Source: an uncultured Burkholderiales bacterium
GTDB taxonomy: Bacteria > Pseudomonadota > Gammaproteobacteria > Burkholderiales > JALYOK01
DNA length: 64,000 bases
Assembly: GCA_964488915.1 (NCBI GenBank)
Contig: CAZAWU010000002.1
Location: forward strand, 2,572-66,571
Reading direction: 5' to 3'
Within the stretch, counting starts at the first letter, position 1; every line of letters starts with the position of its first letter. The notes under the pieces are model-generated. The model did no database searches and was not told the DNA's origin. It saw only the letters and a list, made by a program, of their open reading frames with translations. Positions 47,830 through 55,366 of this stretch are shown in pieces. Position numbers and translations under genes: made by a program.

Positions 47830-48788
47830 AGCTGCGCTTGCGCAAGGGCGAGGCTTGGGCGCTGCTGACCGCCCTGTTGCTGATCGCAGCGGCGCTGCTG
47901 CGGCCCAGCATGCAACGCAGCGGCGCGCTGCATTCGTTGCTGATAGTAATCGACATCACGCAGAGCATGAACGTGCGCGACGTTCGGCTCGAAGGTCAGC
48001 CGGCTAGCCGGCTGGTGGCGGCGAAATCCGCCGTTCGCCAAACCATGCTCGACCTGCAATGCGGTTCGCGCGTCGGGCTCGCTGTTTTCAGCGAATACCG
48101 GACCCTCACGCTGTTCGCGCCGGTCGAGGTATGCGCCAATTTCACCGAACTGAGCGCGGCGCTCGAGCGCATCGACGGCCGCATGTCTTGGGCCGGCGCC
48201 AGCGAAATCGCCAAAGGCGTGAGTTTCGCGCTGCGCACACAACACGCCTTAGCAGAGCGCCCGTTGATCGTATTCTTCACCGACGGGCACGAGTCGCCTC
48301 CGCTCGATCCGCGCTTTCGCACTCGCTTCGACTCGATGCCGGGACCAGAGCGCGGCGTTTTCGTCGGCATGGGCGGCGATCGGCCGGCGCCGATCCCCAA
48401 GTTTGGCCCAGCGGGGCAGCCGCTGGGGTTCTGGCGCGCCGACGAAGTGCTGCACGACGATCCGCACAACCTCGGGCGCGGCGGCAGCGTGCGCGAGGAA
48501 GGCACCGTAGACGAGAGCGGCGCACAGATCGCGGCCAAGCGCACCGGCAACGAACACTTATCGTCGCTGCGCGAGCACTACCTGCGCGGCTTGAGCGAGG
48601 AAACGGGGTTCGGTTACGTGCGTTATGCCGACGCGCTACAGACTAGCGCCGCACTGCGGGCGTTACCGCCAAGCAAAGTGGCGCGCTCCGCCGTGGCTAT
48701 CGATTGGCTACCGGCCGCCGCCGCGCTGCTAGTGCTTGTGGCAACATTGCTGACCGGCCTGCTGCCGCGCCGATCCGCCTTGGCCTGA
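47826..48788 (+). CDS. membrane-anchored VWA domain protein (BatB/MxaL-like)
   Basis: 320 aa. N-terminal TM, MIDAS IVIDITQSMNVRD, C-terminal TM. ATGA overlap with the upstream stop. Confidence 0.85.
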   Translation: MKLRLRKGEAWALLTALLLIAAALLRPSMQRSGALHSLLIVIDITQSMNVRDVRLEGQPASRLVAAKSAVRQTMLDLQCGSRVGLAVFSEYRTLTLFAPVEVCANFTELSAALERIDGRMSWAGASEIAKGVSFALRTQHALAERPLIVFFTDGHESPPLDPRFRTRFDSMPGPERGVFVGMGGDRPAPIPKFGPAGQPLGFWRADEVLHDDPHNLGRGGSVREEGTVDESGAQIAAKRTGNEHLSSLREHYLRGLSEETGFGYVRYADALQTSAALRALPPSKVARSAVAIDWLPAAAALLVLVATLLTGLLPRRSALA

Positions 48789-48790
48789 CC

Positions 48791-50230
48791 ATGCTCTACT
48801 ATCCGCGCTCGTTCTTAAAGCTCATTCTGTTGGCCTTGACGCTGGTCACGCTGCCGCTCGGCTTCGCCTTTTACACCGCGGCGAAATCGATCGACCGCCT
48901 CGCCAACCAAAGCCAACGCGCGGTGTACGAAGCCGTGCAAGCCACGCAAGCCGGCAAGACGCTGCGCGACCGTGTGGTGGACCTAGAGCGGGCGGCGCGG
49001 CAATACTTGGTGCTGGAAGAGCCCACGGTGTTTGAAGCCTACAAGAAGATCCACGGCGATTTCGTCAATGCCGCGCGCGGCCTCGAGACCAACCCGCTCG
49101 ATCCCGAGCAGAGGAAGCAGCTCAAGCAACTGGTCGAACGCGAAGCCAAACTCTACGGCACACTGCTGGCCACACCCGACCGCTCCTTCGATGTGAAGAC
49201 CATGATCGGCGAATACGAAGGGCTCGGCAAATCCGCGCAGCAACTTTATCGCAGCACCGATGCGCTGGTAGAGCGCCAAGTGGAAACGATGCGCAGCGCC
49301 ACGGCCAAAGCGCAAGAAACCATCTTTTGGCAAGGCATCGCGTTGGTGCCGCTTGCGGTGCTGGTGGCGATCGGCGCCACCATTCTGATCACGCGGCCAT
49401 TCGAGCAGATCAACGACGCCATCCGCCAAATGGGTGATGGTGAGCTGCTCAAACCGGTCAAAGTCGTTGGTCCACACGATCTAGTCAACTTGGGCCGCCG
49501 GCTGGATTGGCTGCGCTTGCGCTTGCTCGAGCTCGAACAGCAGAAGAACAAATTCTTGCAGCGCATCTCCCACGAACTGAAAACGCCGTTGACCGCCCTG
49601 CGCGAAGGCAGCGAGCTGTTAGCCGACGAGGTGGTCGGCAAGCTGACCGAACAACAGCGCGAGGTGTGCACGATCCTGCGCCACAAATCGGTTCAGTTGC
49701 AGCGCCTGATCGAAAACTTGCTCAACTACAGCGCTACCGAATTCCACCGCGCGCTGCCGCGACCGGAACTCATCGATCTCTCAGCGATCCTAACGAAGGT
49801 AGTAGCCGAACAAAAACTCGCGTTGCGCGCACGCGGTTTGCGCTGCAAGTACGAAGGAACGCCGATCCAACTCGAAGCCGATCCCGAGATGCTTCGGGTC
49901 ATCTTCGATAACCTGTTGTCAAATGCAATCAAGTTTTCCCCGCAGGGGGGCGCGATTATAATCAGTGGTGCCGTGCGCGTACCGCACGCAATCATCGAAG
50001 TAGCAGATCAGGGCCCAGGCGTCGGCGATGCGGATATGCACCGCATATTCGATGCATTCTACGAGGGACAGGCGCCGGCGGAGAGCCCCGTCAAAGGCAG
50101 CGGTCTAGGGTTAGCCATCTGCCGCGACTACGTGAATGCGCACCACGGGCGGATCGAGGTCGTGCCCGGCGTCGCCTCCGGCGCGCTCTTCCGGGTAACG
50201 TTACCACTAGAACAAGGCCCACAAACATGA
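48791..50230 (+). CDS. sensor histidine kinase (two TM, HAMP, HisKA, HATPase; GlrK/QseE-like architecture)
   Basis: ATG 48791, 2 nt after the VWA gene stop. H-box ISHELKTPLTALREGSELL and G-box GSGLGLAICRDY. About 479 aa. Confidence 0.88.
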   Translation: MLYYPRSFLKLILLALTLVTLPLGFAFYTAAKSIDRLANQSQRAVYEAVQATQAGKTLRDRVVDLERAARQYLVLEEPTVFEAYKKIHGDFVNAARGLETNPLDPEQRKQLKQLVEREAKLYGTLLATPDRSFDVKTMIGEYEGLGKSAQQLYRSTDALVERQVETMRSATAKAQETIFWQGIALVPLAVLVAIGATILITRPFEQINDAIRQMGDGELLKPVKVVGPHDLVNLGRRLDWLRLRLLELEQQKNKFLQRISHELKTPLTALREGSELLADEVVGKLTEQQREVCTILRHKSVQLQRLIENLLNYSATEFHRALPRPELIDLSAILTKVVAEQKLALRARGLRCKYEGTPIQLEADPEMLRVIFDNLLSNAIKFSPQGGAIIISGAVRVPHAIIEVADQGPGVGDADMHRIFDAFYEGQAPAESPVKGSGLGLAICRDYVNAHHGRIEVVPGVASGALFRVTLPLEQGPQT

Positions 50231-50997
50231 ACGCTAGAACAACGACGATAACAGCGATCGTATTGCACTTGGCGGCTTGCACGCCGCTCGAACCGGTCGC
50301 GCAACCGAACACGCCGCCGCCCGTGCCGATTATCCAGGCGCGTAGCAGCGACACGGATTTGCTGCTCGCGCGCTTCGAAGTAACGCGCACTTTTTCCAAG
50401 GAAGAGCTTAAAGCGGAAACAGCCAGCGCGCAACGCCGGCTCGCCACCATGCCGACGCCGTACGCGCGCACCGAGTTGGCGTTGTTGTTGAGCGCTCCGC
50501 ATGCCGAAACGCGCGATCTGCCGCAGGCATTGAAATTGCTTCAGGATGTCATACGAGATGCGCAAAGCAGCGGCGCGTTAAAAAACTTTGCTTCCGCACT
50601 GCATGAGCATTTGACTGCGGCGGCGCGGCAAGAAGAGAACGTCTCCAATTTGTCACAGCGAGTGAGCGCCGAACGCAAGCGCGCGGATCAACTCCAAACC
50701 AAACAGGATGGCGCTGCCCAACAATTCGAACAAAAACTCAAGGACGAGCAAAAGCGCTTGGAAGCGGTCATCAACCGGCAGGAAGAGAACATCCAGCAAC
50801 TCACCGGAAGACTGCGCGAAGAACAAAAACGCGCCGACGACTTGCAGGAAAAGCTCGACGCAATCATGAAGATCGAGAAGAGCTTGATCGAGCGTCAGCA
50901 AACCAAGGAGGCGCCGCCAAAGGAAGCAGCGCCCAAGGAAACACCGAAAGAATCACCCAAGGACATACCGAGAGAAGCGCCGAAGGAACCCAAGTAA
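50227..50997 (+). CDS. coiled-coil lipoprotein with a Pro-Lys-Glu repeat tail (QseG-like position)
   Basis: Lipobox VLHLAAC, long Q/E/K/R-rich helical region, tail EAPPKEAAPKETPKESPKDIPREAPKEPK. ATGA overlap with the kinase stop. Confidence 0.75.
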   Translation: MNARTTTITAIVLHLAACTPLEPVAQPNTPPPVPIIQARSSDTDLLLARFEVTRTFSKEELKAETASAQRRLATMPTPYARTELALLLSAPHAETRDLPQALKLLQDVIRDAQSSGALKNFASALHEHLTAAARQEENVSNLSQRVSAERKRADQLQTKQDGAAQQFEQKLKDEQKRLEAVINRQEENIQQLTGRLREEQKRADDLQEKLDAIMKIEKSLIERQQTKEAPPKEAAPKETPKESPKDIPREAPKEPK

Positions 50998-50999
50998 GC

Positions 51000-52358
51000 A
51001 TGACCACTCCTTACAAAATTCTGCTCGTCGATGATGACTTGGAGATATTGCGGCTGATATCGATCCGGCTCACCGGCGCTGGCTATCAAGTGACCGCGCT
51101 GGACAGCGCGGAGAAAGCCTTGGCCAGTTTGCAGCAAACGCGCCCGCATATCGTCGTCACCGATTTGAAAATGAGCGGGATGAGCGGCATGGCGCTATTC
51201 GACGCCGTGCAGACAATCAACCCGGCGCTGCCGGTGATCGTCCTAACCGCGCACGCGACAGTACCGGATGCGGTGGAAGCGACAAAGCGCGGCGTGTTCG
51301 GCTATTTGACCAAACCGTTTGACAGCAAGGTTCTGCTTGCGCACATCGAGCGCGCGCTCGCGCTGAGCGGTAATAGCGCGGGGCCGGCCGATGCCGGTGC
51401 GGACTGGCGCCAAGATATCGTCACACGTAGCGCGCGCATGGAAGATTTGCTTAGCCAGATACTGCTGGTGGCGGACAGCGATGCCAGCGTTCTCATTCAA
51501 GGTGAGAGCGGCACCGGCAAGGAAATGTTGGCGAAGGCGCTGCACAAGGCCAGCCGGCGCCGCGACCGCCCGTTTGTGGCGATCAATTGCGGCGCCATCC
51601 CCGAAGCGCTGCTCGAGTCGGAGCTATTCGGTCACACCAAGGGGTCTTTCACCGGTGCGATGCGCGATCATCAAGGCCTATTCGTCGCTGCTAACGGCGG
51701 GACGTTGTTGCTCGACGAGATTGGCGACATGCCGCTGGCGCTGCAAGTCAAGCTGCTGCGCGTGCTGCAAGATCGCGCGGTGCGCCCCGTCGGTTCGACG
51801 CAAACCCAGGCGGTCGATGTGCGCATTATCTCCGCGACGCATCGCAATCTCGAACAGCACATGGCGCAAGGCCAATTCCGTGAGGATTTGTTCTACCGCC
51901 TGAACGTCGTCTCCTTGGTGGTGCCGCCGCTAGCCGAGCGCCGCGAGGACGTGCCGCTGCTTGCCACATACTTTCTCAATAAACTGGCGCAACGCTACCG
52001 CAAACACATTACCGGATTCGCACCCGATGCGATGGAGGCATTGGTGAGCGCAGCTTGGCCAGGAAACGTGCGCCAGCTCATCAATGTCGTCGAGCAAGCG
52101 ATGGCGCTTTGCACCACGCCGATCGTGCCCCTCTCACTAGTGCAGAAGTGCTTGCAGGGCGAGCACGAGACCATCCCGTCGTTTGAAGACGCGCGCCGGC
52201 GCTTTGAACGTGACTACCTCATTCAGGTACTAAAGATAACCAACGGCAACGTGACGCACGCAGCACGCCTTGCTCGCCGCAACCGCACTGAGTTCTACAA
52301 GCTGCTGCAACGCAACCAGCTCGACCCGGGCACCTTCAAAGCCGAGGCGCACGCCTAA
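51000..52358 (+). CDS. sigma-54-dependent response regulator (NtrC family; GlrR/QseF-like)
   Basis: 452 aa. Receiver domain, AAA+ domain with GESGTGKEMLAKALH and ESELFGHTKGSFTGA (GAFTGA-type loop), and a C-terminal Fis-type HTH. Confidence 0.93.
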   Translation: MTTPYKILLVDDDLEILRLISIRLTGAGYQVTALDSAEKALASLQQTRPHIVVTDLKMSGMSGMALFDAVQTINPALPVIVLTAHATVPDAVEATKRGVFGYLTKPFDSKVLLAHIERALALSGNSAGPADAGADWRQDIVTRSARMEDLLSQILLVADSDASVLIQGESGTGKEMLAKALHKASRRRDRPFVAINCGAIPEALLESELFGHTKGSFTGAMRDHQGLFVAANGGTLLLDEIGDMPLALQVKLLRVLQDRAVRPVGSTQTQAVDVRIISATHRNLEQHMAQGQFREDLFYRLNVVSLVVPPLAERREDVPLLATYFLNKLAQRYRKHITGFAPDAMEALVSAAWPGNVRQLINVVEQAMALCTTPIVPLSLVQKCLQGEHETIPSFEDARRRFERDYLIQVLKITNGNVTHAARLARRNRTEFYKLLQRNQLDPGTFKAEAHA

Positions 52359-52383
52359 CTGCGTCCCTGGAGCGCACTTGTGT

Positions 52384-52401
52384 TGTCTCCATTCGGAGAC
52401 A
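52384..52401. promoter_or_regulatory. TGTC-N10-GACA palindrome (candidate enhancer/UAS 1)
   Basis: TGTCTCCATTCGGAGACA; the extended palindrome is TTGTCTCC-ATTC-GGAGACAA. Lies about 170 bp upstream of the -12 element. Confidence 0.45.
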
Positions 52402-52449
52402 AATAAAGTGATTATTTTTCAAGCCTCTGGGATTGGCAACGGACTGCAA

Positions 52450-52467
52450 CGTCGCCGATCGGCGACA
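52450..52467. promoter_or_regulatory. cGTC-N10-GACA palindrome (candidate enhancer/UAS 2)
   Basis: CGTCGCCGATCGGCGACA; the core GTCGCCGATCGGCGAC is a perfect 16-nt palindrome. Lies about 105 bp upstream of the -12 element. Confidence 0.4.
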
Positions 52468-52522
52468 GATCAAGTGCGCCGACCTTCGTCGCGATCGCTA
52501 TGTCCTCTCCGTTTTCCTGGTA

Positions 52523-52535
52523 TATCAATCACTTA
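52523..52535 (+). promoter_or_regulatory. candidate IHF site
   Basis: TATCAATCACTTA matches WATCAANNNNTTR at every defined position. Lies in an A/T-rich tract between the palindromes and the -24 element. Confidence 0.35.
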
Positions 52536-52551
52536 ACAATCAATTCTGAAT

Positions 52552-52567
52552 TGGCACGTTGTCTGCT
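52552..52567 (+). promoter_or_regulatory. sigma-54 (-24/-12) promoter
   Basis: TGGCACGTTGTCTGCT, with GG at 52553-52554 and GC at 52565-52566. The spacing is exactly that of TGGCACG-N4-TTGCW (11/12 of the fixed consensus positions by my count). Confidence 0.6.
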
Positions 52568-52576
52568 ACCTCTTGC

Positions 52577-52672
52577 GTAGATCGCCGTTTGGCGCAGGCA
52601 GCAGCATCCGAATAAGTTGTCACTGTGCTGCGGGGCAAGTTGGCCCAAAGGCCGGCAAGCCCCGCGTTTTTT
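52577..52672 (+). ncRNA. candidate sigma-54-dependent small RNA or terminator-containing leader (about 95 nt)
   Basis: The predicted start is about 12 nt after the -12 GC. Internal hairpins are CGCC-GUUU-GGCG (52583-52594) and GCAGCA/UGCUGC (52601-52606 / 52626-52631). It ends in the intrinsic terminator at 52630-52672. The 5-prime end is predicted only. Confidence 0.4.
52630..52672 (+). terminator. rho-independent terminator
   Basis: Outer stem GCGGGGC (52630-52636) / GCCCCGC (52659-52665), inner stem TTGGCC/GGCCGG, loop CAAA, followed by TTTTTT (52667-52672). Confidence 0.75.
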
Positions 52673-52711
52673 GCACAAGGGACGCAACCACAAAACCAGG
52701 AGTCAGAACTT

Positions 52712-52963
52712 ATGTCTTCAAGCGCGAGGACGCTATGCGCGACCTGCCAGTGCAAGACCGTGGAGTTTGTAATCGCTTTTTCCGGGCCGACCAGTTGTAG
52801 ATCCGCCGACGTCTGCCGCTACGATGAACCAGGCTACCCCTGGAAGATCTATTGCGACAAGTACAAGACGCACGCCGCTCCCGCGCATCTCACCGCCGTT
52901 TCCTCAGAACAGCTCGTTGCGCAAACGGGCACCGATAATACAAGAGGGGTTCATGCAAACTGA
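52712..52963 (+). CDS. small Cys-rich hypothetical protein (83 aa)
   Basis: SD AGGAG (52698-52702) 9 nt before ATG 52712. MSSSARTLCATCQCKTVEF...CRSADVCRYDEPGYPWKIYCDKY, with six Cys. No family recognised. Confidence 0.4.
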   Translation: MSSSARTLCATCQCKTVEFVIAFSGPTSCRSADVCRYDEPGYPWKIYCDKYKTHAAPAHLTAVSSEQLVAQTGTDNTRGVHAN

Positions 52964-53150
52964 AAGCGAAGCCACCGTAAACCCGCCGCAGACCCGCGAC
53001 TACAAACTCGGCTTCATGTCACGCCGCCGCCGTCTGCGTAACCGCTGGAACATTCACATGCGCAAGGATGAGCGGGCGCAAGCGAAAACGAATCGCAACG
53101 ACGCTGCCGTTGATAAGCCGACGCAGTCGCTCGCAGCAAACCAAAAGTAA
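52953..53150 (+). CDS. small basic hypothetical protein (65 aa)
   Basis: SD-like AGAGGGG before ATG 52953. MQTESEATVNPPQTRDYKLGFMSRRRRLRNRWNIHMRKDERAQAK... Overlaps the previous ORF end by 11 nt. Confidence 0.3.
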   Translation: MQTESEATVNPPQTRDYKLGFMSRRRRLRNRWNIHMRKDERAQAKTNRNDAAVDKPTQSLAANQK

Positions 53151-53178
53151 CTAACTTCACTCGCCGGCGCCTACACGC

Positions 53179-54180
53179 TTAAGCGTAGCGGCTGAGCAAC
53201 TCCAAATTGTCGCGGTAAGGATGGGCGGTCATCAGCGCGCCAGCTGTGGCCGCGTGCATCGACATGCGCAAAGCCGCCGCATGGTCCTGGTAGGGCGGGA
53301 ATGCAGCGAGGAGCTCGTCGGCCACATCCGGGGCATTGCATACTAGCACCATGTTACAGCCGGCATTAAGTGCCCGTGCCACTCTCCCTTGAATACCTCC
53401 GTCTGCTTGTGCGCCTTCCATGCTCAAATCGTCGCTGAAAATAACCCCCTGAAAGGCCAACCGCATGCGCAAAATCTGCTGTAGCCAGAACGGCGAGTAA
53501 CCCGCCGGAAGAGCATCGACCGCTGGGTAGATCACGTGCGCCGGCATCACCCCTCCGAGTAGCGGCGCCAGCCGGGCGAACGGGACCAGGTCGGACTGCT
53601 CGATCTGCGCAAAGCTGCGCGCATCCGTCGCCACTTCGTGATGTGTATCGGCGCGCACATAGCCATGACCGGGGAAATGCTTCGCCACAGCGCGCACACC
53701 GGCGGCGCCCAAGCCCTCGATCAATGCGGTGCCCAGCGCAGCCACCGCCTGCGCGTCGCTATGCAGCGCGCGATCGCCAATGACGCTGCTCGAGCCGTAG
53801 TCCAGATCAAGCACCGGTGCGAAACTAAAGTCCACGCCGTGGCTGCTCAGTTCGGTGCCGATGATGGATCCGACCGCGCGCGCAAGCGATTCGCCCGCGC
53901 GCTGGTCTGAATCCCACACCTGCCCTAAGTGGCGCATCGGTGGAATCGCAGTGAACCCGCTGCGGAAACGCTGGACGCGGCCACCTTCGTGATCTGCCGC
54001 AATCAGCAAGGGCGGATCGCGCAGATTGCGGATCGCGTGAGTCAACGCGCGCAGCTGCCGTGGCGACTCGTAGTTGCGCGCGAACAAAATTACACCGCCG
54101 ACGCGCGGATGAGCTAGGCGGCGCCGATCCTCGTCGGTCAGTTCAGTGCCGGCGACGTCCAACATTACGGGTCCAAGCAT
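53179..54180 (-). CDS. nagZ: beta-N-acetylhexosaminidase
   Basis: 333 aa. [37 protein letters not shown] and the GH3 motif KHFPGHG. Confidence 0.92.
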   Translation of the reverse strand: MLGPVMLDVAGTELTDEDRRRLAHPRVGGVILFARNYESPRQLRALTHAIRNLRDPPLLIAADHEGGRVQRFRSGFTAIPPMRHLGQVWDSDQRAGESLARAVGSIIGTELSSHGVDFSFAPVLDLDYGSSSVIGDRALHSDAQAVAALGTALIEGLGAAGVRAVAKHFPGHGYVRADTHHEVATDARSFAQIEQSDLVPFARLAPLLGGVMPAHVIYPAVDALPAGYSPFWLQQILRMRLAFQGVIFSDDLSMEGAQADGGIQGRVARALNAGCNMVLVCNAPDVADELLAAFPPYQDHAAALRMSMHAATAGALMTAHPYRDNLELLSRYA

Positions 54181-54213
54181 GTGCAGGTCCGAGTACGAGA
54201 AAATCGTTGCGCG

Positions 54214-54621
54214 CTAAGCACGCTCCAAGATCACAAACGCCATCGCTACATCCAACTCGTCGGTGATCGAGATGTGCGCTGCGCCAATGCCCCACTCCGC
54301 CATGCACGCAGCCAACTGCGGGTGCGGCACGATCAGCGGCTTGCCGCGCCGATCATGTCCGACTTCGATGTAGCGCCACGTCACCGGTGTGCGAATTCCT
54401 GTCCCCATGGCTTTGGAGAACGCTTCCTTCGCGGCGAAGCGCTTAGCGAGAAAGCGCTCCGGGGCTTTGCGCCGCTGGTAGTCAGTGTACTCGCGCTCGG
54501 CCAGAATGCGCCGTGCAAAACGATCGCCAAATCGCGTCAAAGCTTGCTGGACGCGGGCGACCGAAATAATGTCCGTGCCGATGCCGTAGATCAGCGCCGG
54601 AGCGCTCGGTGGCGCGCTCAT
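54214..54621 (-). CDS. acpS: holo-[acyl-carrier-protein] synthase
   Basis: Start at ATG 54621 (ATGA overlap with the pdxJ stop). [14 protein letters not shown] motif. About 135 aa. Confidence 0.9.
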   Translation of the reverse strand: MSAPPSAPALIYGIGTDIISVARVQQALTRFGDRFARRILAEREYTDYQRRKAPERFLAKRFAAKEAFSKAMGTGIRTPVTWRYIEVGHDRRGKPLIVPHPQLAACMAEWGIGAAHISITDELDVAMAFVILERA

Positions 54622-55349
54622 CGTGAGCGCGCCGCCGCGTTCATCAACTGCTTCATTTCGCGCACCGCCGCTTGCCAACCAACGAACAGTGCGTGCGCCA
54701 CAATGGCGTGCCCGATGTTCAACTCGCGCACTTGCGCCAGCGCGGCGATCGGTCCGACGTTGTGATAGTGCAAGCCGTGTCCAGCGTTGACCACCAGGCC
54801 GATCGACTGCGCGTGCTGCGCGGCGTCGCGGATGCGCGTCAACGCTGCCGCGCGCGCTTGGCGCTGCTCAGCCTCCGCATAGGCGCCGGTGTGAATCTCG
54901 ATAACCGGCGCCTCGACGCTTTTGGCAGCCTGGATTTGTTGCAGGTCGGGATCGATGAACAGCGACACGCGAATGCCCGCCGCTCCGAGCCGGGCAACGG
55001 CGGTGGCAATCTTTGCGCGTTGCGCAATCACGTCCAGCCCGCCCTCGGTGGTCAACTCCTGGCGGCGCTCCGGTACTAAGCACACGTCGTGCGGTTTGAT
55101 GCGCAGTGCAAAATCGATCATCGCGTCGGTGACGGCCAATTCGAGGTTCATGCGCGTGCGCATTACTTCGCGCAGCACCTCCACGTCGCGGTCTTGGATG
55201 TGCCGCCGGTCTTCGCGCAGGTGTAGCGTGATCGCATCCGCACCGGCCGTTTCCGCGAGCAATGCGGCTTCGATCGGGCTCGGGTAGCGCGTGCCGCGCG
55301 CTTGCCGCAGCGTCGCGACGTGATCGATATTGACGCCGAGCTCGATCAT
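54618..55349 (-). CDS. pdxJ: pyridoxine 5-phosphate synthase
   Basis: [20 protein letters not shown]-terminus from ATG 55349. An alternative GTG at 55370 overlaps the recO stop. Confidence 0.92.
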   Translation of the reverse strand: MIELGVNIDHVATLRQARGTRYPSPIEAALLAETAGADAITLHLREDRRHIQDRDVEVLREVMRTRMNLELAVTDAMIDFALRIKPHDVCLVPERRQELTTEGGLDVIAQRAKIATAVARLGAAGIRVSLFIDPDLQQIQAAKSVEAPVIEIHTGAYAEAEQRQARAAALTRIRDAAQHAQSIGLVVNAGHGLHYHNVGPIAALAQVRELNIGHAIVAHALFVGWQAAVREMKQLMNAAARSR

Positions 55350-55366
55350 CGGTTCGCGTTCGCGCC

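Noticed and set aside
52384-52401. The palindrome TTGTCTCC-ATTC-GGAGACAA read as a simple transcription terminator for the sigma-54 regulator gene.
   Set aside because: The hairpin is not followed by a U-tract (AATAAAGTGATTATTTTT begins only after several purines). Its TGTC-N10-GACA form, together with a second similar palindrome, fits an activator site better. A dual role cannot be excluded.
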